A stretch of 64,000 nt of DNA, taken from Candidatus Spongiisociaceae bacterium (lineage in GTDB: Bacteria; Actinomycetota; Acidimicrobiia; Spongiisociales; Spongiisociaceae). The position numbers were made by a program, and so were the translations under genes. Of the stretch, positions 1 through 10,093 are shown one piece after another (positions within the stretch are counted from its first letter, which is position 1; each line of letters starts with the position of its first letter). A model generated the notes under the pieces. That model had not been told where the DNA came from. It did no database searches and saw only the letters and a list, made by a program, of their open reading frames with translations. Location: the NCBI GenBank assembly GCA_965262915.1, contig OZ253564.1, positions 4,704,001-4,768,000 of the forward strand, read 5' to 3'.

Positions 1-135
1 ATCCGAGTCCGGAGAGGAGACCGAAGCGCCCATCCCCGTCGCAGGGCTGGTCCCATAGGGGGTCGATTCAAGCAACCTCAGACTACGGGCGCGGGTCCCC
101 CCGCGAGCCGCGGGATAGCCCTTCTACCGCGCGGT

Positions 136-531
136 TCACCAGATCGTCGGTGCCGACGCCGGGCCCTGGTGACATCTGATACGGCCGTCTTTGGTTATGA
201 GCTGCCAGCCGTTCTCGATGGCGGTGGCGTAGATGAGCCGATCGGCAGGATCGCGAGGAAAGGACCGGGGCAGCGCGACCGCGGTCGCGGCCACGGCAGG
301 GGTGAGTACGGCAGTGCGGACCGACCGGGCGAGGGCACCGAGCCAGGTTCCGATCGGCACCCTCACCCTAATTCGGCCCCGCTCCGCGAGCCACGCGAGC
401 TCGTACCAGGTCACCGCGGCGACAGACAGTTCGTCGGCCGCCTCGAGGGCGGCTGTAGCCGGGCCGCTGAGCCGAGCAGGTTCGGCAGACCACCATTGCA
501 GAACATGGGTATCCACCAGGACGGTCGTCAA
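136..531 (-). CDS. vapC: VapC-type PIN-domain toxin
   Basis: LVDTHVLQWW, SAVTWYE and RDPADRLIYATA..LITKD PIN motifs. Probable TTG start overlaps the antitoxin stop. Confidence 0.9.
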   Translation of the reverse strand: MTTVLVDTHVLQWWSAEPARLSGPATAALEAADELSVAAVTWYELAWLAERGRIRVRVPIGTWLGALARSVRTAVLTPAVAATAVALPRSFPRDPADRLIYATAIENGWQLITKDGRIRCHQGPASAPTIW

Positions 532-755
532 TCGAACTCCCAACCCGGGTCGGCTGTGAACAACTTCTCGTCGTCCTCGACGCTTTCGGCAACACCGGCG
601 AAGCGGCCCCGCAGCGCGATAGGACCCCTCGCGGGGACTAGCCGGGCAACCGTGCGGCCATGCTTCGTGATCTCTATCTCGTCGCCCGAGGCCACGTCGT
701 CGAGTAGGGCGAGGATCTGAGCCTTCGCCTGGGTTGCGGTAACTTGCCTGCCCAT
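528..755 (-). CDS. Phd/YefM-family antitoxin
   Basis: 75 aa, VTATQAKAQILALLDDV..GDEIEITKHGRTVARLVP, directly upstream of the PIN toxin. Confidence 0.9.
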   Translation of the reverse strand: MGRQVTATQAKAQILALLDDVASGDEIEITKHGRTVARLVPARGPIALRGRFAGVAESVEDDEKLFTADPGWEFD

Positions 756-775
756 ATGACCATCCTAGTGGTCAT
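756..775 (-). promoter_or_regulatory. TA operator overlapping a leaderless -10 element
   Basis: Inverted repeat ATGACCA-N6-TGGTCAT. On the minus strand TAGGAT lies 6 nt before the ATG. Confidence 0.65.
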
Positions 776-815
776 CCAAGGCTCTATGGCCCCATATGTA
801 GACATGGGAACACGG

Positions 816-2786
816 TCAGACAACCCGATCGTTGCCGCCGTCGACGGGAATCTGGGCACCGGTGGTGGCGGCGAAAGTTGCGCCGCATAGCTCGGTGACC
901 ACACGGGCCACCCGGCTGGAGGTCACTTCCACTGAGAGCAGGTTCCGGGTCCGGTACTCATCGGCTGTCATGCCGTACGCTGTGGCGCGCTCGGCGATGA
1001 GTTCATCGGTCCACAGTCCGGTGTCGAACACGCCGTCCGGATGCACGATGTTGACGCGTATCCCGTCCCCGGCCCACTCCAGTGCAGCCACCCTGGCCAG
1101 CTGGGTTACCGCCGCCTTCGAAACGGAATACGAAGCCGCTCCCCGGCCCGGCGCCGGCGTGTTCTTGGAGCCGATCACCACCACCCGGCCTCCTACCGGC
1201 GAGCGGGCCAGCAGCGGATGTGCGGCGGCGAACAGGTTTGCCACGGCATCCACGTTGACAGCTTGGACCGACCGCCACCGCTCGGCGTCACGGTCGGCGA
1301 TCGGCGCGACCCGACCGAACACCCCGGCGGCCGCCACCACAATGTCGACCCCTCCGAACCGCTCCACGGTCCGGTCGAGCGCCGCCTGCTGTGCCGCAGG
1401 GTCGGTAACGTCGACCGCCATCCCGAGCCAGGCCGGACCCTCGAAGGCCTCTCGAACGGATACGTCCCGGTCTAGACCGGCCACCGCGCAACCCATGGAG
1501 AGGAGTTCATCGGCGCAGGCCCGGCCGATCCCCGAGGCTGCGCCGGTCACCACCGCCACCATCCCGGTGAACTCGGGTGGAAGTCCGGCCCGGCGTAGTT
1601 TGGCCTGTTCGAGATCCCAGTACTCGACCTCGAAGAGGTCTCCGGCGCTCAGTGCCACATACCCGCCGAGGTGATCCTCCGAACGCTCCAACACCGGCAT
1701 GGTGTGGTGGTAGATGTCGGCCGCGATCCCGGATGACGCGGCGGTCTCGCCCAGGGTGAGCAGGCCCAACTCGGGGTCGACCACCACCCGGGGGGCGGGG
1801 TCCAGCATGGTCAGTTCGGTCCGGCCCCGGTGGCGGTTCTCGTCGAAGTACAGGCGGTAGGCATCGACGTAGGCGTCCACGTCGGTACCGACCATCGGGA
1901 GGCGTTTCGTCCTGATGACATGGTCGGGGGTGAGTGGACCGCGTCCGGCCAGGCTCCCGATGTCGGGACGCCGCACGAACCGGGCCGTGGACGCATCGGT
2001 GTGGCGGGTCATGATCATCGGCTTGCCGGCTGCTTCCGAGACACGTCGCCGCAGGCCGGCCAACTCCAGAGGGCAGGCGGCCGGAAGGGCGGCCGCATCG
2101 TGGCTGGACTCGGGTGCGTGGACCTCGAGCCATCCCTCCGCCTTCGTGAGGAGCCGGATGTGACGCCGGTAGGCGGCCTTGGTGGTCGACCCGAAGGTGA
2201 ACAGGCCGTGGTTGAGAAGCACCATCCCGATCACATCGTCGTGGTGGTGATCCGCCCAGATGGTGACCACCGCCCGGGCGAGATCGAAACCCGGCATCAC
2301 GTAGGGAACGACGAGCACGGAGTCGCCGAACACCTCTCGTACCCGTGCCTCGCCGTCGGCCAGGTTGGTGAGCGTCACGATCACATCGGCATGGCTGTGC
2401 TGGACCGCCGGGTAGGGAAGGAAGGCATGCAGGAGCGTCTCGACCGAGGGCTGGGGCGCGGCGGGATCGAGACGGGCGGCCGACAACTCCCTCATCATGT
2501 CGGGGTCGGAGAGCCGATCGAGTGCGAGCAGTTCCTTCAACCGGTCGAGGGGCAGGGGCGTGAATCCTGGTGCTTCGATCGTGGCGAGGTCCCACCCGGA
2601 GCCCTTGACGTAGAGCGCATCCGCGGTCCGCCCGGTTATGTCCTCGACGGGGCCCTTGACCGAGGTATTACCTCCCCCGTGCAGGACCAGGAACGGGTCG
2701 GCACCCAGCAGCCTGGAACCGTAGACACACTCACCAAGGGACCCTTCGAATGCAGCCGCCTCAGCATCCCGCCATCTGTTCTCCAT
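816..2786 (-). CDS. Bifunctional class II aldolase / short-chain dehydrogenase (RhaD-like fusion)
   Basis: N-terminal GGGNTSVK, PSVETLLH, QHSHAD, LNHGLFTFG. C-terminal TGAASGIG and YSVSK (YxxxK). Confidence 0.9.
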   Translation of the reverse strand: MENRWRDAEAAAFEGSLGECVYGSRLLGADPFLVLHGGGNTSVKGPVEDITGRTADALYVKGSGWDLATIEAPGFTPLPLDRLKELLALDRLSDPDMMRELSAARLDPAAPQPSVETLLHAFLPYPAVQHSHADVIVTLTNLADGEARVREVFGDSVLVVPYVMPGFDLARAVVTIWADHHHDDVIGMVLLNHGLFTFGSTTKAAYRRHIRLLTKAEGWLEVHAPESSHDAAALPAACPLELAGLRRRVSEAAGKPMIMTRHTDASTARFVRRPDIGSLAGRGPLTPDHVIRTKRLPMVGTDVDAYVDAYRLYFDENRHRGRTELTMLDPAPRVVVDPELGLLTLGETAASSGIAADIYHHTMPVLERSEDHLGGYVALSAGDLFEVEYWDLEQAKLRRAGLPPEFTGMVAVVTGAASGIGRACADELLSMGCAVAGLDRDVSVREAFEGPAWLGMAVDVTDPAAQQAALDRTVERFGGVDIVVAAAGVFGRVAPIADRDAERWRSVQAVNVDAVANLFAAAHPLLARSPVGGRVVVIGSKNTPAPGRGAASYSVSKAAVTQLARVAALEWAGDGIRVNIVHPDGVFDTGLWTDELIAERATAYGMTADEYRTRNLLSVEVTSSRVARVVTELCGATFAATTGAQIPVDGGNDRVV

Positions 2787-2889
2787 CAGAAACTCCCAGG
2801 CCCTCCAGACGGTAAGAGATTAGAGACCGGTGACCACCGACCTCTGCCACGCTTCGGTGGCTAGTGGCCAACGGCCTGACACCTGACAC

Positions 2890-3672
2890 CTAATACGGAG
2901 TATCCCCACCGTCGACGTTGACGGCTTGACCTCTGATGATCAATGCATCGTCCGACAGCAGGAAGGCGATCACCCTGCCGACCTCGACCGGCGCCACCCG
3001 CCTCCCCGGCTGGGACGGGCCCATACCGGCCAGGATACGGTCGGCCGGTATGTCGAGACGGGGGGACAACCACTCCGCGACTCCACGCAGCATCGGGGTG
3101 TCGACGCCTCCGGGACACACTGCGTTCACGTTGATCCTGTGCTCCGCCCATTCCATCGAAAGGGAACGGGTGAGGCCTATCACCGCGGCTTTGGAAGCGT
3201 TGTACGCCGCCATGTTCCGGTAGCCGACCTTCCCGCAATTGGAGGAGACGTTGACGATGGCACCGCCGCCTCTCGCCCTGAGCCGCTCGCCTACAGCCCT
3301 CGCCACGAGAAACGATCCGGTCACGTTCACGTCCAGCTGGCGATTCCAGTCGGCGGGGGTGGCGTCCCAAGCCTCGTCGAGGGTCACCGCGCCGGCGTTG
3401 TTCACCGCACCGTCGAGCCGCCCGAAGCGTTCGACCGTGGCTTCGACCATTCGCTCGACATCCTCGGCACGGGTCACGTCTCCCCCGAACGCGGCTGTCA
3501 CGTCGCCGGCGGGGTCGACCCGGCCGGCAGTTCGGGCCGCGCCCTCGAGATCGATATCCGTCAGGGCGGCCCGGCCTCCTTCTTCCAGAATCGCCTGACA
3601 GATGCCGGCACCGATCCCGCCGGCGGCGCCGGTCACCACGTATACCCGCCCTGCCAACCTGCCTCGTGTCAT
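2890..3672 (-). CDS. SDR-family NAD(P)-dependent oxidoreductase
   Basis: Start re-called at ATG 3672 (MTRGRLAGRVYVVTGAAGGIG). NNAG and YNASK motifs. Confidence 0.9.
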   Translation of the reverse strand: MTRGRLAGRVYVVTGAAGGIGAGICQAILEEGGRAALTDIDLEGAARTAGRVDPAGDVTAAFGGDVTRAEDVERMVEATVERFGRLDGAVNNAGAVTLDEAWDATPADWNRQLDVNVTGSFLVARAVGERLRARGGGAIVNVSSNCGKVGYRNMAAYNASKAAVIGLTRSLSMEWAEHRINVNAVCPGGVDTPMLRGVAEWLSPRLDIPADRILAGMGPSQPGRRVAPVEVGRVIAFLLSDDALIIRGQAVNVDGGDTPY

Positions 3673-3683
3673 AGACCTCAGCC

Positions 3684-4457
3684 TCACCAGGTCGGGCGGC
3701 TGAGCACGCCGCCATCCACCACCAACTCGGCCCCGGTGATCCAGCGGGCCAGATCCGAGCAGAGGAACACGCAGGCATCGCCGATGTCCTCGGGGGTGCC
3801 GAGCCTCCCCATCGGACATGCCTTCCTCCAACGACGGACCCCCTCCGGCCAGGCCGACACTATCCCGGGCCGGGATATGAGGCCGGGCGACACGGTGTTC
3901 ACCCGGATGCCGGAAGGGCCGTACGAGAGAGCCGCAGCCCTCGCATGCATGATCAGGCCGGCCTTGGAAACCGAATAGTGACCGTGTCCCGGCGCGGGGT
4001 TGGTGCCCTCGATGGAGGAAATGTGGACGATCGAGCCTCCCGTACCCTGAGCTGCCATCGCCGTCGCCGCGGCCTGGGTGAGACGGTGAACCGCGGTCAG
4101 GTTGGTGTCGATCATCTCCGACCACTGGGCATCGGTGAGATCGGCGAAGGGCGCCACCGGCTGGATACCGGCGTTGTTCACCAAGGCGTCCAGACGGCCG
4201 AGATGCTGGAGGACCATTTCAACCAAGTCACGTGGACCGTCGGCCGTAGCGAGGTCGGCGACCACCCCGGCAAGGGGCTCGCCCGACCGATCCTGCAGAT
4301 GACCCACCGGTGAAGAACGGGTATGGGCCACTACGGTGGCGCCGGCCGCCACCATTCTGCGAGCGATTCCCGAGCCGATGTTCCCTCCGGCGCCGGTCAC
4401 CACTACCACCCGACCGAACAGGTCGATCATCTCAGCCGGAGATCGGGGATCGGTCAC
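3684..4457 (-). CDS. SDR-family oxidoreductase
   Basis: TGAGGNIG, NNAGI, YSVSK, GIRVNTVSPG. Confidence 0.9.
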   Translation of the reverse strand: MTDPRSPAEMIDLFGRVVVVTGAGGNIGSGIARRMVAAGATVVAHTRSSPVGHLQDRSGEPLAGVVADLATADGPRDLVEMVLQHLGRLDALVNNAGIQPVAPFADLTDAQWSEMIDTNLTAVHRLTQAAATAMAAQGTGGSIVHISSIEGTNPAPGHGHYSVSKAGLIMHARAAALSYGPSGIRVNTVSPGLISRPGIVSAWPEGVRRWRKACPMGRLGTPEDIGDACVFLCSDLARWITGAELVVDGGVLSRPTW

Positions 4458-4498
4458 GGGAAAACCTCCTCCACCCCCCCGCCCTTCCCGCGGCAGGA

Positions 4499-4945
4499 CT
4501 ACCCCCTAACGTAGCGGGAGATATGGGCGGCGGCGGCGGGGTACCGGGCCACGAGTTCATCCGCCCGGCCCAACTCGAAGCCCTCCTTGCTGTAGGGAGG
4601 GGCCATGGTGGTCCCGACCAGGGACCACGCGCCTGTGGTGCGCGCCCCCATCCACACCCCGGGCTGCACGACCACACACGGTCGTTGCCCGCCAGCCAGA
4701 CCGTCCCCGAGCACGGGGTGTACCACCCCACCCTCCGGCTCGAGCAGGAGCATCCTCACCGGGTCCCCCGCGTAGTGGTGCCAGAGTTCGGTTCCTTCGA
4801 GCCGGTGCATAGCCGAGAAGTCGCCCGGCTGGAGCAGGTAGTAGATACCGGTACCGTGGTCGTCCTTCCAGGTCTGCGCCCACATCCCTCCCTCCACAGG
4901 CATCGGTGACAGGCCGAGCAACCCGGCCACTTCCGATCCGGTCAC
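4499..4945 (-). CDS. Cupin_5 (DUF985) protein
   Basis: GTG 4945 overlaps the upstream TGA. Motifs LGLSPMPVEGG, TGIYYLL, SAMHRL..TELWHHYAG, VVQPGVW, MAPPY. Confidence 0.85.
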   Translation of the reverse strand: MTGSEVAGLLGLSPMPVEGGMWAQTWKDDHGTGIYYLLQPGDFSAMHRLEGTELWHHYAGDPVRMLLLEPEGGVVHPVLGDGLAGGQRPCVVVQPGVWMGARTTGAWSLVGTTMAPPYSKEGFELGRADELVARYPAAAAHISRYVRG

Positions 4946-6246
4946 TCCGCCAACCGTCGGGCCCGCCGGGTCATGTCGGACCGCACGGCATCCGTGTCGA
5001 TCGAAGTCACCCGGCCGTCCTCTACCACTTTCCGGCCCCCCACCCATACCGACCTGACAACCTTCGGGGAGCCGGACCAGACGATGCGCGACACGGGATC
5101 GTCCTCGCCGGGGATCACGGGGTGGAGAGCCGGCTCGTCCGCAGACAACTCCACCATGTCGGCCCACGCACCGGCCCCGAGGCGTCCGAGATCGGGACGG
5201 TCTATGGCGTCGGCCGCTCCGGCCGTAACCATGTGGAGGACCTGCCGGGCCGGTAGGAATCCGGCATCCGCTTCCCTGATGCGTGCCAGCCGGATGGCCG
5301 TACGCATCTCTTCGAAAAGGTCCAGCCGTTGGTGGGAAGCCGGTCCGTCGGTGCCGATACCGACCCGGACGCCCGCCGCCAAGAGATCGCGGACCCTGGC
5401 GACACCGGAGCCATGCTTGGAGTTGGAGCAAGGACAGTGGGCCACCGACACCCCATGTCGGGCGAAGATCCCGATGTCCTCGTCCCCTATCCATACCGCA
5501 TGAGCGGCCAGCACCCGCGCTTCGAGAAGCCCGACCGCCTCGAGGTAGGCAGGTGCGGACATGCCGGAGCGTTCGCGCACCGCATCGTCTTCCCACTCCT
5601 GCTCGGCCACATGGATGTGGACGAGCATCCCGTTGTCGCAGGCAATCTCCGCGATGCGCCGCAGGCATTCATCGGGCACCGAGTAGGCGGCGTGGGGACC
5701 CAAACCCACTTCGATCAGATCGTTGGAGGCCCACCGCTCGCGGGTTGCCACCATCTCCTCCAGTTGTGACTCCCACGAGCCGAAACGGTCCAGTTGCGCA
5801 TCCTCGATCACGGGCGCAGTGACGACGCACCTCAACCCGGCATCGGCTGCCCCCCTCGCTACCGAGTCGCCGTGGAAGTACATCTCGACGGACGTGGTGA
5901 CACCGTTGGCGAGCAGTTCGGCGGCCCCCATTTGCATGCCCACCGTCACGTCTTCCGCGGTCAGGCGACCCTCGCGGGGCCACATGACCTCGTGCAACCA
6001 GCGGTCCACCGGGAGCCCCTCCCCGGCCCCTCGCAGCAGCACCATGGGGGTATGACAGTGGGTGTTGACCATGCCGGGCATGAGGATGCCTTCGACACGA
6101 TGAACCGTTGCCGTGCTCCGTTCAGGCGCTTCCGCACCCGGCCCTGACCAGACCACCCGCCCGTCCTCGACGTCCACAACACCGTGTGGGATCGGGGCCT
6201 GGCCTTCGGACATTGTCACTAATAGGTCGGCTTGGTAACGATCCAT
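4942..6246 (-). CDS. Amidohydrolase, MtaD-like (methylthioadenosine/SAH deaminase family)
   Basis: PGMVNTHCH, LGPHAAYS, HIHVAE, AAHAVW, HCPCSN, GIGTDG. Start re-called at ATG 6246. Confidence 0.85.
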   Translation of the reverse strand: MDRYQADLLVTMSEGQAPIPHGVVDVEDGRVVWSGPGAEAPERSTATVHRVEGILMPGMVNTHCHTPMVLLRGAGEGLPVDRWLHEVMWPREGRLTAEDVTVGMQMGAAELLANGVTTSVEMYFHGDSVARGAADAGLRCVVTAPVIEDAQLDRFGSWESQLEEMVATRERWASNDLIEVGLGPHAAYSVPDECLRRIAEIACDNGMLVHIHVAEQEWEDDAVRERSGMSAPAYLEAVGLLEARVLAAHAVWIGDEDIGIFARHGVSVAHCPCSNSKHGSGVARVRDLLAAGVRVGIGTDGPASHQRLDLFEEMRTAIRLARIREADAGFLPARQVLHMVTAGAADAIDRPDLGRLGAGAWADMVELSADEPALHPVIPGEDDPVSRIVWSGSPKVVRSVWVGGRKVVEDGRVTSIDTDAVRSDMTRRARRLAE

Positions 6247-6291
6247 TTGAGCCTCGGGTAGTTGTGTATACCGACGCCGTATGATAAGAGC

Positions 6292-7344
6292 ATGTGTCAA
6301 CTCGGGCAGCGCTCGCTCGACTGGATCGACGGTGCGATCCTCATGGTGGACCAGACCCGTCTACCGGACTGCTACCAGACGCTGCGGATCGACTCGGTCC
6401 CGGAAATGGTGGCCGCCATTCGCCGACTTTCCGTGCGGGGCGCTCCCGCGATAGGAGTGGCCGGCGCGTTGGGCGTGGCACTGGCTATCCGAGCCCATGG
6501 GACTTCCGGTTCTGCCTTCGAGTCCGCGGTGGCCTCCCTGCGGGAGGCGCGCCCCACCGCGGTGAATCTGGCCCGGATGGTTGATCGGGTGGCGCGAGTG
6601 GCCCCCGACGGCTTCGACCGAGCCCTGGCAGAGGCCCTCGAAATCCGGGATGAGGAGATCGCCGCGTCCATATCGATGGGGGAATATGGGGCCGACCTGG
6701 TCACCGAACTGGTAAGCGAGCCAGCCGCGAGGGCTATGACCATATGCAACACCGGAGGGCTGGCCACTATCGAACGGGGCACCGCTCTCGCTGTCATCCA
6801 GACCCTGCACGAACGAGGCGCGCTGGCAGAGGCCTTGGCTCTCGAGACGAGGCCCTTGCTCCAAGGCGCCCGGCTCACGACCTGGGAGCTCGGCCGGATG
6901 GGCGCTCCGCATCGTCTACTGGTGGACTCGGCGGCGCCTTTCATGCTCGCCCGCCGCCAAGCCGACGTGGTGCTCACCGGCGCGGACCGTGTGGCCGCCA
7001 ACGGAGACACCGCCAACAAGATCGGCACCTTCTCGCTTGCCCTGGGCGCCGGCCATGCGGGAGTACCCTTCATAGTGGTTGCGCCGGAATCGACCATCGA
7101 CATGGACACCCCCACCGGCGATGACATCCCTATCGAGGACCGGGGCCGCAACGAGGTGGTCGCGGTACGGAACACCATTACCGCGCCGGAGGACACAGAG
7201 GCCGCCAACCCGGCTTTCGACGTGACGCCGGCCGGGCTGATCACTGCCATAGTGACCGACCGGCGGGTGATCCGTCTGGATCGCGGTGATACACTCAACA
7301 AGGTAAGCCTCGGAGAACTTCGTACCGATACGGACATTCGCTAG
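6292..7344 (+). CDS. mtnA: S-methyl-5-thioribose-1-phosphate isomerase
   Basis: DQTRLP, VRGAPAIG, RPTAVNL, TICNTGGLAT, ETRPLLQGARLT, GADRVAANGDTANKIGT, NPAFDVTP. TATGAT lies 6 nt before the ATG (leaderless). Confidence 0.93.
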   Translation: MCQLGQRSLDWIDGAILMVDQTRLPDCYQTLRIDSVPEMVAAIRRLSVRGAPAIGVAGALGVALAIRAHGTSGSAFESAVASLREARPTAVNLARMVDRVARVAPDGFDRALAEALEIRDEEIAASISMGEYGADLVTELVSEPAARAMTICNTGGLATIERGTALAVIQTLHERGALAEALALETRPLLQGARLTTWELGRMGAPHRLLVDSAAPFMLARRQADVVLTGADRVAANGDTANKIGTFSLALGAGHAGVPFIVVAPESTIDMDTPTGDDIPIEDRGRNEVVAVRNTITAPEDTEAANPAFDVTPAGLITAIVTDRRVIRLDRGDTLNKVSLGELRTDTDIR

Positions 7345-7374
7345 TACCCGAATAACGGGTAAAGGATCAACCAA

Positions 7375-8544
7375 ATGAGAACACTGCGCAAGCCTTTTGC
7401 ATTCGTACTGGCAACGGTGCTGATGATGGCGGCCTGTGGTGATGATTCGGACAGCACACGGGATACCGCCGCTACGACCGCCACTACCGCCGCACCGGAT
7501 ACCACGGGGGCGACCGCGGCGACTGCCGCACCGGATACCACGGCGGCGACCGCACCGGATACCACGGCGGCGACCGACACAACCGCACCTGCGGCTACGG
7601 AACCCCCGGCCGAGCCCATCAGCCTGATCTACGTCTCTCCCAACCCGATGGGCGTCAACAACTTCCTCATCCTCGGCGAGGTCGGAACCAAGCGAGTGGC
7701 CGAGCGACGCGGCGGCACTTGGAGGACTTTCGAGTCGGTCGACGACTCGACCCGGAGAGCCAACATCGAGGCGGCCATCGACGAAGCACCCGACGTGATC
7801 GTGCTAACAACCTTCACCCTTGTCGAGATGGCTGACGAGTTCTCCAAGGCCAACCCCGATCAGCAGTTCATCCTCATCGACGCTTGCCCCAACGAACCGG
7901 CGCCCAACCTGCACTGCGGGGTCTTCCGTGAGCACGAAGGCGCGTACCTGCTGGGTGTGATGGCCGGCCACCTGTCGGAGGCGAGGCAGATCGGATCGGT
8001 GGTCGCCCTCGATATCCCGTTCTTCAAGCGCTGGTGGGAGAGCTTCGCGCTGGGCGCTCAATCGGTCGATCCGTCGATCACCAACTCGGCGGTGTTCATA
8101 TCGGGCGACAACCCCTTCTCCGACCCGGCGCGGGCCAAGGAGCTGGCCCTTTCGCTGGCCGCGCAGGGACCCGACCATATCTTCGCGGTGGGCGCCGGTT
8201 CCAACGGCGGCATATTCGAGGCTGCCGAAGAGGCAGGCTTCCTCGCCTACGGGGTGGACGTGAACGAGTGTCCGACAGCCCCCGGGCTCATAGTCGACAA
8301 CAACCTGAAGCTGGTGGACGCGGTGGTCGAACAACTCATCGATCAGGTCCTCGACGGAACCGCCGGACCGGTGGTGGCCTTCGGGTTGGCCGAGGGTGGC
8401 ACGGGAGTCATGGCCCTACACCCGGATCTGGCCACGAGCCAGTGTCTGATTGCCGAGCATCCGGACATCATCGAGGAGGTGAAGCGGGTCGCCGACGGGA
8501 TCATCGACGGATCCATCGTGGTGCCGGATCCCCTGTTCGGCTAA
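7375..8544 (+). CDS. BMP-family ABC substrate-binding lipoprotein (nucleoside type)
   Basis: Lipobox MAAC, T/A/P-rich linker, FREHEGAYLLG, AYGVDVNE. Confidence 0.88.
   Translation: MRTLRKPFAFVLATVLMMAACGDDSDSTRDTAATTATTAAPDTTGATAATAAPDTTAATAPDTTAATDTTAPAATEPPAEPISLIYVSPNPMGVNNFLILGEVGTKRVAERRGGTWRTFESVDDSTRRANIEAAIDEAPDVIVLTTFTLVEMADEFSKANPDQQFILIDACPNEPAPNLHCGVFREHEGAYLLGVMAGHLSEARQIGSVVALDIPFFKRWWESFALGAQSVDPSITNSAVFISGDNPFSDPARAKELALSLAAQGPDHIFAVGAGSNGGIFEAAEEAGFLAYGVDVNECPTAPGLIVDNNLKLVDAVVEQLIDQVLDGTAGPVVAFGLAEGGTGVMALHPDLATSQCLIAEHPDIIEEVKRVADGIIDGSIVVPDPLFG
7492..7578 (+). repeat. Coding 24-nt tandem repeat (APDTTAAT) in the lipoprotein linker
   Basis: gcaccggataccacggcggcgacc repeated about 3 times. 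Confidence 0.8.
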
Positions 8545-8569
8545 CGAGAGTCCTGGTCCCTGACATGCC

Positions 8570-10093
8570 GTGACAGCGGCGCTCGAGCTTCGGGGTATCA
8601 CCAAGCGGTTCCCGGGCGTCCTGGCCAACGACGCCATCGACATGACGGTCCGGGCCGGGGAGATACACGCGCTCGTAGGAGAGAACGGGGCGGGTAAGAC
8701 CACCCTGATGTCGGTGCTGTTCGGGCTGTTTCCGGCCGATGCCGGAGAAATCTTCCTACACGGGGAGCCGGTACGGTTCGCGTCGGCGCTGGATGCGATC
8801 CGGGCAGGCCTCGGGATGGTGCACCAAGCCTTCCGGTTGTTCCCGACGCTGACTGTGGCCGACAACGTCGTCTTCAGGGAAGAACCGACCAAGCGGGGAC
8901 TCATCGATCGGGCCGAAAGTGTCGGGAGGGTGGGTGATCTGGCCGAGCGATACGGTCTGGCGGTGGATCCCAGGGCAGTGATCGAGACGCTCCCCGTAGG
9001 AGTGCTCCAGAGGGTGGAGATCCTCAAGGCGCTCTACCGGGAGGCCCGGATCCTTATCCTCGACGAGCCCACCGCGGTGCTCACCCCCCAGGAGCGGGAC
9101 AAGCTGTTCGAGGTCATCCGGCGCCTCCGTGACTCGGGCCGCACGATCCTGTTCATCACCCACAAACTCGGTGAGGTGATGTCGCTCTCGGATCGGGTGA
9201 CGGTGCTCCGGGATGGTCGGTCGGTGGCGGACCTGACCACCGCCGACACCAGCCCCGAGGAGATCGCCCACCAGATGACCGGTCGGGCCGTCGAGTTGGA
9301 CAAGCGGGCACCCGCTCATGAACCGGGCGAGCCGGTTCTCACGATCGCCAATCTCACGGTAATCGGGGAGCACGGCCGCCCCGCCGTCCATGATGCCGCC
9401 TTCGAGGTCCGGTCTGGAGAGATCGTCGGCGTAGCAGGCATAGCCGGCAACGGCCAGACCGAGCTCATCGAAGCCGTGGCCGGGCTCAAGGAACCGGCCG
9501 CGGGCTCGATCAGTCTGAACGGGAAGGACCTGACCACCGCCGATGTACTGGCGCGACGCTCGGTCGGGATGGCGTACGTACCGGAGGACCGGCACGGGGT
9601 GGGCACCAGCCATCGCGCATCCGTGTCGGCCAACCTGCTGCTGGGCCATCAGCGCACGCCGGGGTTGCAGCGCAAGGGTTGGTTGGATCTCAGAAGAGTG
9701 CGGAGCCACGCTCGCAGGCTCGTGGAGACCTACGCCATCAGGTCGGGCCCGATAGGCTCGCCCGTCTCCACCCTGTCGGGGGGGAACCTCCAGAAGGTGG
9801 TGGTAGCCCGCGAGATGTCCCATGGTGCACCCGTGCTGATCGCCGAACAGCCCACCCGCGGCCTCGACATCGCCGCCATAGAGTTCATCCACGAGCGCCT
9901 TGTCGAGTTCCGCGACGATGGTGGCGCTGTGCTGCTGGTGTCGGCCGAACTGTCCGAGATCCTGGCGCTCAGCAGCCGTATCCTGGTCATGTTCGAAGGA
10001 CGGATCGTTGCCGAACTGGACCCGGTCCGGGTGACCGAGACCGACATCGGCCTGTACATGACGGGAGCGCGCCGGGAAGCTCTCGATGCTTGA
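8570..10093 (+). CDS. Nucleoside/sugar ABC transporter ATP-binding protein (two ABC domains)
   Basis: GENGAGKTT, ILDEPT, LSGGNLQK, QPTRGLD. Confidence 0.92.
   Translation: MTAALELRGITKRFPGVLANDAIDMTVRAGEIHALVGENGAGKTTLMSVLFGLFPADAGEIFLHGEPVRFASALDAIRAGLGMVHQAFRLFPTLTVADNVVFREEPTKRGLIDRAESVGRVGDLAERYGLAVDPRAVIETLPVGVLQRVEILKALYREARILILDEPTAVLTPQERDKLFEVIRRLRDSGRTILFITHKLGEVMSLSDRVTVLRDGRSVADLTTADTSPEEIAHQMTGRAVELDKRAPAHEPGEPVLTIANLTVIGEHGRPAVHDAAFEVRSGEIVGVAGIAGNGQTELIEAVAGLKEPAAGSISLNGKDLTTADVLARRSVGMAYVPEDRHGVGTSHRASVSANLLLGHQRTPGLQRKGWLDLRRVRSHARRLVETYAIRSGPIGSPVSTLSGGNLQKVVVAREMSHGAPVLIAEQPTRGLDIAAIEFIHERLVEFRDDGGAVLLVSAELSEILALSSRILVMFEGRIVAELDPVRVTETDIGLYMTGARREALDA

Noticed and set aside
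7459-7610. Tandem repeats in the BMP gene as a contingency locus or mobile repeat
   Set aside because: In-frame T/A/P linker typical of actinobacterial lipoproteins
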